Shown in pieces: positions 51,778-60,676 of a stretch of DNA of 64,000 nucleotides (position 1 is its first letter; each line of letters starts with the position of its first letter). Both the position numbers and the translations under genes were made by a program. The notes below the pieces were generated by a model, which saw only the letters and a program-made list of their open reading frames with translations, was not told the origin of the DNA and made no database searches. The DNA lies in contig CAILMF010000041.1 of the NCBI GenBank assembly GCA_903835235.1, positions 7,733 through 71,732 of the forward strand, in the 5' to 3' direction. Source of the DNA: an uncultured Rhodospirillales bacterium. Lineage in GTDB: Bacteria; Pseudomonadota; Alphaproteobacteria; Acetobacterales; Acetobacteraceae.

Positions 51778-52265
51778 GGCGCGCCACCCTCGCCATGGCC
51801 TTCGCGTTGGCGGTGCTGGCCGCCCCGGTGCTGGCCCAGGGCAACGCTCCGGCCCTGGCTCCGGCAGCCGAGCCGTCGCCCGCGCCCGCCGAGGCCCCGC
51901 GTCCGGGCTTCGATTGCGTCGGTGCCGAGCAGATCGAGGATGATGCCTTCGCCATCGCCTTCGCGCGCGGGGCGGCCACCCTGGCCCCGGCGGCCGAGGG
52001 CGCGCTGGAAGCCGTCATGCTCCGCGCCCGCGCCGAGCCGACCCGCCAGCTCTGCATTCTCGGCCATGCCGGCCCGCAGGAAGGCGGCGCCACCGCCAAT
52101 ACCCGCCTGGCCGCCCGCCGCGCCGCCACCGTGGCGGAGGACCTGGCCAGGCGCGGCCTGCCGCGGGACCGCCTGCGGGCCGAGGTGCGGGTCGCCGCCT
52201 TCGCCCGCGCCGCCGCCATCACGGCCGGCCGCAGCGTCACCGTCGTGCTGCTGCCCGCGCCATGA
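51774..52265 (+). CDS. exported OmpA-C-like (peptidoglycan-binding) domain protein
   Basis: C-terminal part of track ORF 51213..52265, starting at ATG 51774 (ATGA overlap). Signal peptide MRRATLAMAFALAVLAAPVLAQG. FARGAATLAP...LCILGHAGPQEGGATANTRLAARRAATVAEDLARRGLPRDRL...RSVTVVLL resembles the OmpA_C core. Confidence 0.6.
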   Translation: MRRATLAMAFALAVLAAPVLAQGNAPALAPAAEPSPAPAEAPRPGFDCVGAEQIEDDAFAIAFARGAATLAPAAEGALEAVMLRARAEPTRQLCILGHAGPQEGGATANTRLAARRAATVAEDLARRGLPRDRLRAEVRVAAFARAAAITAGRSVTVVLLPAP

Positions 52266-53743
52266 CCCTTCGGAGCCTGCCGATGCCACGCCTGTTCCTC
52301 GCCCTGCTGCTGGCCCTGTCGCCCTTCGGCCCCGCTTCGGCGCAGGAGGCGCAGCCGGCGAGGGAGGCGGTGGTCGCCAACGACACCGAGCGGCTGATGC
52401 AGGAAATCTACCTCTACGTCGTGGGGGCCGCCGAGCCGGGCCGCGACCGCCTGGCCAATGCGGTGCTGCCGCCGCGCGCCACGCTGCGCATACCGCTGCC
52501 GCGCGGCCAGGCCTGCAATTATGAGGTGCGCGTCGTGTTCGACGATGGCGACGACGACCGCCGCCGCATCGATGTCTGCCGCACGCCGCGCGCGACCTTC
52601 GCGGATACCGGCCCGCGCCGCGACCTGGCGGTGGTCAACGACAGCGACGTGGAATTGCGCGAACTCTACCTCTGGCCGTCTGCCGCCCGGGCGGCGGATA
52701 CCGGGACGGATCGGTTGGGCACACGCACCGTGCCGGCCGGGGAAACCCTGCCGCTCCGGCTGCGCGGCACCGCCGAATGCGTCTTCGACCTGCGCGCCGT
52801 CTTCGCCGACGAGACCGAGGAGAAGCGCCAGCGCGTCGACCTCTGCCGCGTCCCGCGCCTGGCCTTCGGCGACCCTAGCCTGCCGGTGCGCGAGGCCAAT
52901 GTCAGCAACCGCGCCCGCTTCACGGTGCGGGAACTCTACGCGCGCGCCATGGGCCAGGAAGCCTGGGGCGCCGACCGCCTGGGCAGCGCCACGCTGGAGC
53001 CCCGCGCCGATTTCGGGCTGCGCATCCGCTCGCGCGATTGCCGCTTCGACCTGCGCGCTGTCTATGAGAACGAGCGCGAGGAGGTGCAGCCCGGCCTGGA
53101 CCTGTGCCGCGGCCAGCAGGTGGAACTGGCCGGGCCAGGCCCCGCGGTGCCCGGCGAACTCCGCCGCATGCTGCTGGTCAACGGCTATGGCCGCCCCATT
53201 GCCCAGGTCTTCCTGATCTCGCCGGACCCGGACGACTGGGGCGAGGACCAGCTCGGCGACGCCACGCTGGCGCCCGGCGCCCGGCAGGAGCTCAGCGTCA
53301 CCAGCGGCTGCCGGGTGGACCTGCGCATCGTCTTCGACAGCGACGCGGCCGAGGAGCGCCGCGGCATCGACCTCTGCGCCAACAGCCTGGTGGTGCTGCG
53401 CCCCGGCTGGACCGTGGCCGAGCAACTGGACAGCATCGAGCCACTGGCCACCCCGACGGCGACGCCGGAGACGGTGGTGCTGGGCGGCGTGCGGCTGCGC
53501 AACCGCTCCACGCTGCCGGTGGTGGAACTCTACGTCGCCCGGCCCGGCGCGCCGCCCGGCCGCGACCGGCTGGGCAGCGCCGTCATCCCCGCCGGCGGCG
53601 TGCTGGATTTCTCGCCCCCGGCCGAGCTTGGCCAGGGGGCGGACCGCTGCCGCGCCGACCTGACCGCGGTGTTCCGCGATGGCCGGGCGCTTCGCCTGCC
53701 CGCCTTCGACCTGTGTTCCGGCGAGGAGGTTCCGCTGCAATGA
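52262..53743 (+). CDS. exported protein built from five tandem ~80-aa repeats, each with two conserved cysteines (unknown family)
   Basis: Track ORF of 493 aa. ATGA overlap with the upstream stop. Signal peptide ...LFLALLLALSPFGPASAQE. See the repeat feature and the finding. Confidence 0.7.
   Translation: MTLRSLPMPRLFLALLLALSPFGPASAQEAQPAREAVVANDTERLMQEIYLYVVGAAEPGRDRLANAVLPPRATLRIPLPRGQACNYEVRVVFDDGDDDRRRIDVCRTPRATFADTGPRRDLAVVNDSDVELRELYLWPSAARAADTGTDRLGTRTVPAGETLPLRLRGTAECVFDLRAVFADETEEKRQRVDLCRVPRLAFGDPSLPVREANVSNRARFTVRELYARAMGQEAWGADRLGSATLEPRADFGLRIRSRDCRFDLRAVYENEREEVQPGLDLCRGQQVELAGPGPAVPGELRRMLLVNGYGRPIAQVFLISPDPDDWGEDQLGDATLAPGARQELSVTSGCRVDLRIVFDSDAAEERRGIDLCANSLVVLRPGWTVAEQLDSIEPLATPTATPETVVLGGVRLRNRSTLPVVELYVARPGAPPGRDRLGSAVIPAGGVLDFSPPAELGQGADRCRADLTAVFRDGRALRLPAFDLCSGEEVPLQ
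52364..53731 (+). repeat. five in-frame tandem domain repeats (coding)
   Basis: Repeat consensus read by eye: N.s...v.ELY..p....WG.DRLG...l.pG..l.l.l....C.FDLR.VF.d..ee.r..iDLC....v.f. Units are at about aa 35-113, 120-203, 209-289, 300-381 and 405-490. Confidence 0.75.
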
Positions 53744-54549
53744 GAATCCTGCTGCTCGCCACCCTGCTGCTGTTGGCGACCCTGCCGGTCCAGGCGCAGC
53801 CGGTGCCGCCCCCGGTCGCGGTGCCCGAGGCGATGCGCGGCACCTGGTTCCGCGGCGAATGCGACCGGCCGGAGCAGATGCTGCACCTGACCATGCGCAG
53901 CGCCGCCCGCGTGCCGGCGGCCGGTCCTGGCCGGCTGTTCCGCTTCGGCAGCTTCCGCCCGGTGGCGGATTGGCTGTTCGCCGCCGGCATTGGCCCGGAC
54001 GCCCCCCGCCTGCTGCTGCGCGGCACGCGGGATGCGCTGGACACCGCCGAACCCGACCCCAAGCTGCGTGACGACCGCCTGCCCGGCGATACGCCGCCGC
54101 TGGCCTGGCACCGCTGCCCGCAGCCGCCGCTGGCCCTGGTGCTGCAGCACGCCGAGGGCATCGCCTTCATGGCAGCGCTGGAACAGGTGGAAGCCGCCTG
54201 CACCGCCGCCGTGCCCGGCTGCCTGGAGGCGATTCGCCGCCAGGGTGACGTCAACGACGATGGCGCGCTTTCCCTGGCCGAGCTGGCCCGGCTGCTGCGC
54301 GGTGCCGCCTGGGCCCTGGCGGTGCAGCAGGGGGCGGATTCCGCCACGTTGCTGGCCGGCGCGGTGACCCAGGCCGAACAGGCCCGCAACCTGGCGCGAC
54401 TGCTGCTGGACAGCCTGGACTACGACGCCGACGGCCGGATATCCGCCGCCGAAATGGCACAGGACCGGCTGCGCCTGAGCCAGGCTCCCGGCGCCCAGGG
54501 CGGCACGCCGTTGCCGTTGCCGGCGCTGCGCTCCTTGCTGGGCAGGTAG
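53740..54549 (+). CDS. exported protein with two canonical EF-hand Ca-binding loops
   Basis: C-terminal part of track ORF 53104..54549, starting at ATG 53740 (ATGA overlap). Signal peptide MRILLLATLLLLATLPVQAQP. EF loops DVNDDGALSLAE (aa 170-181) and DYDADGRISAAE (aa 227-238). Confidence 0.7.
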   Translation: MRILLLATLLLLATLPVQAQPVPPPVAVPEAMRGTWFRGECDRPEQMLHLTMRSAARVPAAGPGRLFRFGSFRPVADWLFAAGIGPDAPRLLLRGTRDALDTAEPDPKLRDDRLPGDTPPLAWHRCPQPPLALVLQHAEGIAFMAALEQVEAACTAAVPGCLEAIRRQGDVNDDGALSLAELARLLRGAAWALAVQQGADSATLLAGAVTQAEQARNLARLLLDSLDYDADGRISAAEMAQDRLRLSQAPGAQGGTPLPLPALRSLLGR

Positions 54550-54573
54550 CGCGGCCGCGGGCTTTGGCTGCGG

Positions 54574-55473
54574 CTACTCCGCCGCCTGCTTGGCCGGCTG
54601 CGTCCCGGGCTTCCTGATCCGCAGCCGCCGGATGCGCCGCGGGTCGGCCTCCAGCACGCGGAACTCCAGGCCGGAACCGTGGCTGACCAACTCGCCCTTG
54701 GCCGGCACGCGCCCCGCGAGCGTGAACACCAGCCCGCCGACGGTGTCGATATCGGCCGCGCGCTCATCCTCGGTCAGCACCGGGCCCAGCAGCGCCTCGA
54801 AATCCTCGACCGGCGTGCGGGCATCCAGCTCGATCGTGCCGTCCGGTTTCTCCACCATGTGCGGCGGGCCGTCCTCGTCATGCTCGTCCGAGATGTCGCC
54901 GACGATGGTCTCGACCAGATCCTCGATGGTGATCAGCCCGTCGATCCCGCCATACTCGTCCACCACCAGCGCCATGTGCATGCGCGCCTGGCGCATCTGC
55001 AGCAGCAGGTCCAGCACCGGCACGGCGGTGACCACGAACAGCGGCTTGCGCAATATGCCCGTGAGGGAAAACGGCCCCTCCCGCCCGATGGCGGCAAACA
55101 CGTCCTTGATGTGGACCATGCCGACCATCTCATCCAATTGCCCGCGATAGACCGGGTAGCGGCTATGGCCCTCGCGCTGCATCAGCCGCGTGGTCTGCTC
55201 CAGCGAGAAGTCTTCCGAGATGGCAATGATGTCGGCGCGCGGCACCATCACGTCATAGGCGGTCTTGCCGCGCAGCTTCAGCACGTTGCCGAGCAGCGCG
55301 CGTTCCTGGTCGTCCAGGTCGGTTTCCTCGCCCAGCGCGGTGCCGTGGCGCTGCGGGCCGTCCTGCTCCTCGATCAGCTCTTCCATGCGGTCGCGGACGC
55401 TCTCGGCCTCGCGCCGACGCATCAGCCCCTGCAAGCGCCACAGCAGCTTGCCGCGTTCGGCGGAACTGCTCAT
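54574..55473 (-). CDS. corC: CorC/HlyC-family protein (CBS pair plus CorC_HlyC transporter-associated domain)
   Basis: Track ORF 54574..55503 trimmed to ATG 55473 (ATGA overlap with the ybeY stop). DVMVPRADIIAI...GHSRYPVY...VGMVHIKD...VVDEYGGIDGLITIEDLVETIVGDI. Confidence 0.9.
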   Translation of the reverse strand: MSSSAERGKLLWRLQGLMRRREAESVRDRMEELIEEQDGPQRHGTALGEETDLDDQERALLGNVLKLRGKTAYDVMVPRADIIAISEDFSLEQTTRLMQREGHSRYPVYRGQLDEMVGMVHIKDVFAAIGREGPFSLTGILRKPLFVVTAVPVLDLLLQMRQARMHMALVVDEYGGIDGLITIEDLVETIVGDISDEHDEDGPPHMVEKPDGTIELDARTPVEDFEALLGPVLTEDERAADIDTVGGLVFTLAGRVPAKGELVSHGSGLEFRVLEADPRRIRRLRIRKPGTQPAKQAAE

Positions 55474-55985
55474 GCCGCCAGCCGCCCGACCGGCGCCTTC
55501 CACGGGTTGGGCAGCCTGAGCCGCGCCATGATCCGCGCCTCCGCCTGCTCCATCACCCGGGCCTCGCCGGCCAGCAGGTGGTCATGGCCCAGCAGGTGCA
55601 GCGTGCCATGCGCCACCAGATGGGCGAAATGCGCCTCCAGCCGGCGGCCAGCCGCCAGGGCTTCCCGCCGCACCACGCCCAGCGCCAGGGCGATATCGCC
55701 CAGGTGGTCCCCGTAGTCGTTGGGGAAGCTCAGCACATTGGTGGGTTTTTCCTTGCCGCGATGCTCGCCGTTCAGCCGCTTCAGCGCGCGGTCATCGGTC
55801 AGCAGCACCGTCACGGCGCCCTCGTACCCCTCGACCGCCAGGGTGGCGGCGACGGCACGGCGGGCCAGCATCTCGGCCCGCGGCAGCAGCCGGCGCCAGG
55901 CGGCGTCGGCAACAATAACCTCAGTCCCAACGACCGCGGGCGCCAAGCCCTGCCAGCCGTCGGGACGACTACTTCCCGGTTCCAT
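55470..55985 (-). CDS. ybeY: rRNA maturation endoribonuclease YbeY
   Basis: Track ORF 55470..56048 trimmed to ATG 55985. TNVLSFP and the zinc motif HLVAHGTLHLLGHDH. Confidence 0.9.
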   Translation of the reverse strand: MEPGSSRPDGWQGLAPAVVGTEVIVADAAWRRLLPRAEMLARRAVAATLAVEGYEGAVTVLLTDDRALKRLNGEHRGKEKPTNVLSFPNDYGDHLGDIALALGVVRREALAAGRRLEAHFAHLVAHGTLHLLGHDHLLAGEARVMEQAEARIMARLRLPNPWKAPVGRLAA

Positions 55986-56943
55986 CGTGGTCCTTCTTCC
56001 GCTGCCGGGCCGCATCCGCGCGGCCATAGGCAGAAACAATCCTGGCAACCAGCGGGTGCCTTACCACATCCCGCTCGTCGAAGCGTGTTACAGCAATGCC
56101 GGCCACGCCATCCAGTATCTTCAGCGCATCGACCAGCCCGCTGGGCTGGTGAGACGGCAAATCCACCTGGGTTGGGTCGCCGGTGATCACCATGCGGCTG
56201 CCCTCACCCATCCGGGTCAGGAACATCTTTATTTGGGCCGGCGTGGTGTTCTGGGCTTCGTCCAGAATGCAATAGGAATGCGCCAAGGTGCGCCCGCGCA
56301 TGAAGGCCAGCGGGGCGATCTCGATCTCGCCGCGCTCGATCCGCTTGGCCACCTGCTCGGCCGTCATCATGTCGTTCAGCGCGTCGTACAGCGGGCGAAG
56401 GTAGGGGTCGACCTTCTCCTTCATGTCGCCGGGCAGGAAGCCCAGCCGCTCCCCGGCCTCCACCGCGGGACGGCTCAGGATGATCTTGTCCACCCTGCCG
56501 GCCAGCAGCAGCGCCACGCCCTGGGCCACCGCCAGGTAGGTCTTGCCGGTGCCGGCCGGGCCGATGCCGAACACCATGTCGCAGCGCATCAGCGTATCCA
56601 TGTACGCCGCCTGGGCCGGGCTGCGCGGGGCGATGACGCCCTTGCGGGTGCGGATCTGCGGAATGTCCTGCAACGGCAGGCGGGGGTCGCTCTCGGCCTC
56701 GCCTTCCGCCATGCGCAAGGCCGCGTCCACTTCGCCGCTGCCCACCTTCTGCCCCTGCTCCAACTGCCGCCACAGCGCCTTCAGCGCCGACTCCGCCATC
56801 TCCACCCGCTCGGCCGGGCCGGTGATGGTCAGGCGGTTGCCGCGGTCCGCACATCGGACCCCCAGCCATTGCTCCACCTTCACCAGATGGCGGTTGTAGT
56901 CGCCATACAGCAGCGGGAGCCGGGCATTGTCGGCGAAGGTCAT
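55969..56943 (-). CDS. phoH: PhoH-family ATPase (YbeZ-like)
   Basis: Track ORF 55969..57012 (TTG); I prefer ATG 56943, which has a GGAGAGG RBS. Walker A GPAGTGKTYLAV. RPAVEAGERLGFLPGD. ILDEAQNTT. Confidence 0.9.
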   Translation of the reverse strand: MTFADNARLPLLYGDYNRHLVKVEQWLGVRCADRGNRLTITGPAERVEMAESALKALWRQLEQGQKVGSGEVDAALRMAEGEAESDPRLPLQDIPQIRTRKGVIAPRSPAQAAYMDTLMRCDMVFGIGPAGTGKTYLAVAQGVALLLAGRVDKIILSRPAVEAGERLGFLPGDMKEKVDPYLRPLYDALNDMMTAEQVAKRIERGEIEIAPLAFMRGRTLAHSYCILDEAQNTTPAQIKMFLTRMGEGSRMVITGDPTQVDLPSHQPSGLVDALKILDGVAGIAVTRFDERDVVRHPLVARIVSAYGRADAARQRKKDHDGTGK

Positions 56944-57008
56944 GGTGACCTCTCCGGCAGCACCGGCGGCGGGGTTCCGCACGGGGCGGAGCGCAAGGGT
57001 GGCGGTGG

Positions 57009-58451
57009 TCAAGCGGGCGCTGGCTCCTGGTTGGCTGGCATGTTGCGGGTCTGCCCATCCGCGGCTGCCAGCGCGCCGTTGAGGGAGTTGGGTTGCACCC
57101 CCACCACCCTGACCGGGGCGATGGTGCCGATGAGGCCGGCCGGCCCCAGCAGATGGATCGGTTGCAGCCAGGGCGTGCGTCCCGCCACCTGGCCGGGGTG
57201 GCGCCCCGAGCCAGTGAACAGCACGTCCATGGTCATGCCAATGCGCGAACGGTTGAACGCCTGCTGCTGGTCCCGCAGCAGCGCCTGCAATTCGGCCAGC
57301 CGCGCATCCATCAGCGCCTCGGCCACCTGGTTGGGGGCGCCGGCCGCCGGCGTGCCGGGGCGGGCGGAATACTTGAAGCTGTAGGCGCCGGCGAAGCCGA
57401 CCGCGCGAATCAGCGCCAGGCTGGCCTCGTGGTCCGCCGCGGTTTCCCCGGGGTGCCCCACGATGAAATCGCTGGTCAGTTCCAGCCCCGGCTGCGCCTG
57501 GCGCAACCGGTCGACCACGCGGCGGAACTCGTCGGCGGAATGGCCGCGGTTCATCGCCGCCAGCACGCGGTCGCTGCCGGACTGCACCGGCAGGTGCAGC
57601 AGCGGCATCAGCTGCGGCAGGTCGCGATGCGCCGCCACCAGCTCGTCATTCACATCCCGCGGATGGCTGGTGGTGTAGCGCAGCCGGTCCAGCCCGGGGA
57701 TTTTTGCCAGTTCCCGCAGCAGGGCGCCCAGGCCGACCGGGCCGTTGTCGCCCTCGCCGTGATAGGCGTTCACATTCTGCCCCAGCACGGAAATTTCCCG
57801 CGCGCCATGCGCCACCAGGCGCTGTGCCTCGGCCAGCACCGCCGCCACCGGGCGCGAATACTCGCTGCCGCGGGTGTACGGCACCACGCAGAAGGAACAG
57901 AACTTGTCGCAGCCTTCCTGGATGGTCAGGAAGGCGGCAATGCCCTGGCCCTGGCTGGCTTCCGGCAGGTGGTCGAACTTGCTCTCCACCGGGAAGTCGG
58001 TGTCCAGCAGGCGGTTGCCGGTGGGGTGGCCGCTCTGCGGGTTGGGCGGCAGCGCGCCGGCCCGGGCGACGCGCGCCACCAGCTCCGGCAGGCGGTGGTA
58101 GCTCTGCGGCCCCAGCACAATGTCCACCCAGGGCGCCCGGGCGGTGATCTCGGCGCCCTCGGCCTGAGCCACGCAGCCGGCCACCGCCAGCGTCAGCATC
58201 TCGCCGCGCCCGGCCTTTTCCTGCTTCAGCTCGCGCAGCCGGCCAAGCTCTGAGAAGACCTTCTCGGCGGCCTTTTCCCGGATATGGCAGGTGTTGAGGA
58301 TCACCATATCGGCCAACGCGACATCATCGGTCGGCGCATAGCCCAGCGGCGCCAGCACGTCGGCCATGCGGTCGCTGTCGTACACGTTCATCTGGCAGCC
58401 ATAGGTGCGGATATGCACGCGGCGCTTGGTGGGTTTCCCGGTCTGGCTCAT
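57009..58451 (-). CDS. miaB: tRNA (N6-isopentenyl-A37) methylthiotransferase MiaB
   Basis: Track ORF of 480 aa. N-terminal [10 protein letters not shown]...NTCHIREKA cluster, radical-SAM [15 protein letters not shown], and a TRAM C-terminus. Confidence 0.95.
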   Translation of the reverse strand: MSQTGKPTKRRVHIRTYGCQMNVYDSDRMADVLAPLGYAPTDDVALADMVILNTCHIREKAAEKVFSELGRLRELKQEKAGRGEMLTLAVAGCVAQAEGAEITARAPWVDIVLGPQSYHRLPELVARVARAGALPPNPQSGHPTGNRLLDTDFPVESKFDHLPEASQGQGIAAFLTIQEGCDKFCSFCVVPYTRGSEYSRPVAAVLAEAQRLVAHGAREISVLGQNVNAYHGEGDNGPVGLGALLRELAKIPGLDRLRYTTSHPRDVNDELVAAHRDLPQLMPLLHLPVQSGSDRVLAAMNRGHSADEFRRVVDRLRQAQPGLELTSDFIVGHPGETAADHEASLALIRAVGFAGAYSFKYSARPGTPAAGAPNQVAEALMDARLAELQALLRDQQQAFNRSRIGMTMDVLFTGSGRHPGQVAGRTPWLQPIHLLGPAGLIGTIAPVRVVGVQPNSLNGALAAADGQTRNMPANQEPAPA

Positions 58452-58610
58452 GAAAGGCTCCGCCGCCCGGCAGGGACAGGGCCGGGATAACCGGCGCCAT
58501 TGCGCGCCGGGGCGGTCGGGGTCAAGCGTTGGGTGGTCTTCAGCGCCACCAACGCGGAACAGGAGCGATTCGCGTCATGGCCTCAGCGTCGTGGATGCCA
58601 TGGCGCCGGG

Positions 58611-59558
58611 TCAAGCGTGGTGAGATGACAGGGTCGTGGCATGGTGCGCCACCGCGGCCAGCGGCCGGGCCCCGCGGTTCTGCCGCAGGTCGGCCGCGCC
58701 GGCGCTGACCACGCGGCTGCATTCCCGCGTCATCACCTTGCGGTCGGGCATCGCCTCGGGCGGGAAGGGCTGGTGCAGCAGCACCGTCACCCGCGCGCCC
58801 TCGCGCCGCAACAGCTGCCAGGAATGGCTGCCCAGTTCCATGTCGCCGAACCAGGCGAAGACCGCGCGGTCCCGCCGCAGCGCCGGCAGCCCGCCCAGAC
58901 GGTCATACACCACCGATATCGGCTGCACCTGGCGGGCTTCCTTGGCCACGCCCAGGAAGGCGCTGCGGAAGGGCAGCACGCGGGTGCCGTCGTTGCTGGT
59001 GCCCTCGGGGAACAGGATCAGGCTGTCGCCGGCCTGCATCTTCGCCTTCATCGCATCCGCTTCCCGCCCCGTGGTGCCGCGGTTGCGGCTGACGAAGACG
59101 GTGCGGCCCAGCCGGGCGATCAGGTTCACCAGCGGGTAGCTGTCCACTTCCGCCTTGGCGACGAAGCAGGCTTCCAGCGTGCCGCCCAGCGCCAGAATGT
59201 CCAGCCAGCTGGAATGATTGGCCACGTACAGCACCGGCCGGTCGCGGCAGACCTCGCCAACCACCTGCACCTTCAACCCGATCAACCGGCACAGGGTGCG
59301 GTGGTAGACCCGGGCGAACTGCGCCTTGGCCCGCCCCGGGAACAGCAGCAGCACCGCCTGCAGCGGCAGCGCCACCGCGGTCCACAGCATCACCAGCACC
59401 AGGCGGCGCACGGCGCGCAACTGCCCACCCTGGGGCCGGTCGGCGAACAGCTCCCGCGGGGCGGCGGCATGCCGCCGGGAGGTGAAGCGCAGCGGACCTT
59501 TCCGCTTCAGCCGGCGTGGTTGCAGGCTATCCATTGGCGATGATGAAGCGACGTCCAT
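58611..59558 (-). CDS. lysophospholipid (PlsC-family) acyltransferase, possible OlsA
   Basis: Track ORF 58611..60359 trimmed to ATG 59558 (alternative 59534). An N-terminal TM, the HX4D motif NHSSWLD, and FPEGTSNDG. Confidence 0.8.
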   Translation of the reverse strand: MDVASSSPMDSLQPRRLKRKGPLRFTSRRHAAAPRELFADRPQGGQLRAVRRLVLVMLWTAVALPLQAVLLLFPGRAKAQFARVYHRTLCRLIGLKVQVVGEVCRDRPVLYVANHSSWLDILALGGTLEACFVAKAEVDSYPLVNLIARLGRTVFVSRNRGTTGREADAMKAKMQAGDSLILFPEGTSNDGTRVLPFRSAFLGVAKEARQVQPISVVYDRLGGLPALRRDRAVFAWFGDMELGSHSWQLLRREGARVTVLLHQPFPPEAMPDRKVMTRECSRVVSAGAADLRQNRGARPLAAVAHHATTLSSHHA

Positions 59559-59698
59559 GGATGTGCCGGGTAACCCGCCGGGCACGACAGGGCAATGACA
59601 GCAACGCGACGGCTTGATGACAGGTTGACGGCCCGCCCCCGGGGTGGTCACACCGCAGCGCGACGCGGCGGCCATGCCGCAGCGCGAAAGGAAGCCTG

Positions 59699-60664
59699 AT
59701 GCGCCTGACCATCCTCGGTGCCGGCCCGGTCGGCCTGGCCTCGGCCGCCCTGGCGGGCGCGCGCGGGCATGGCGTGACGCTGTGGTCGCCGCGCGGTGGC
59801 GGCACCCGGGGCATCCGCGATGCCGTGCTGGCGGAAGGCCAGCTTTCCGGCCGGTTCCCGGTGTTGGTCGCCGCCGACCTCGGCCGCGCGCTGGCCGATG
59901 CCGAGGTGCTGCTGCTGGCGGTGCCGGGCCACGCGCAAGGCCAGGTGATGCGCCGCGTCGCCGCGGTGGTGCAGGGCGCCCCGGCGGTGCTGGTGGCGCC
60001 GGCCACCTCGCTTTCCCCGTTGCTGCTGGACCGGCTGCTGGTGGCGCGCGGCATCCGGGCGCCGATTGGCGCCCTGGCGACACCGCCGATGACGGCGCGG
60101 CGCCTGGGCGGCGACCGGGTCTGGATCGGGGCGATTCGCCACAAGCTGTGGCTGGGGGCGGTGCCCGCCGCCGCCACCGCCCGGCTGGTGCCGCTGGTGG
60201 AGGCGCTGTTCGGCCTGCCGGTGGAACCGCTGGCCGATGCGCTGGCCGCCGCCCTGGCCGACCTGATGCCGCTGCTGCATGCCGCCCAGGCCCTGTCCCC
60301 GGCACTGGGCCCGGCGGGCCAGGCCGACCCCGCCGCGCTGGCCCGGTTGCTGGCGGCATTGACCGCCGAGCGCGACACGCTGGCCGCCGCCTTCGGCCAC
60401 CGCCTGCCGGATGCGCAGCACTTCATGGCCGAGGTGGGCGGGCTGCCGCAGCCCGAGCCCGAGCGCGCGCTGGCCGAAGCGCCGCATGCGCTGAGCTTCC
60501 TGCTGGCGCTGGGCCGTGCGGCGCGCGTGCCCATGCCGGTGGCGGAAGCCACCTTGACGCTGCTGGAGGTACTGGGCGGCCGCACGCTGCGCGGCAACGC
60601 CATATTGGCGGAGTTGGACCCGAAGACCCTGGCGCGGCAGCTCCAGCACGGCGCCGCGGCCTGA
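59699..60664 (+). CDS. NAD(P)-binding octopine/nopaline-dehydrogenase-like family protein
   Basis: Track ORF of 321 aa. N-terminal Rossmann motif MRLTILGAGPVGLASA. The C-terminal helical domain has ...LGRAARVPMPVAEATLTLLE, which resembles opine-DH/ketopantoate-reductase-type tails. The family assignment is tentative. Confidence 0.5.
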   Translation: MRLTILGAGPVGLASAALAGARGHGVTLWSPRGGGTRGIRDAVLAEGQLSGRFPVLVAADLGRALADAEVLLLAVPGHAQGQVMRRVAAVVQGAPAVLVAPATSLSPLLLDRLLVARGIRAPIGALATPPMTARRLGGDRVWIGAIRHKLWLGAVPAAATARLVPLVEALFGLPVEPLADALAAALADLMPLLHAAQALSPALGPAGQADPAALARLLAALTAERDTLAAAFGHRLPDAQHFMAEVGGLPQPEPERALAEAPHALSFLLALGRAARVPMPVAEATLTLLEVLGGRTLRGNAILAELDPKTLARQLQHGAAA

Positions 60665-60676
60665 GCCGAGGCGGGG

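Noticed and set aside
51683-53740. 685-aa minus-strand ORF
   Set aside because: Antisense to the OmpA-like and five-repeat genes. The + strand products have signal peptides, repeat structure and ATGA coupling.
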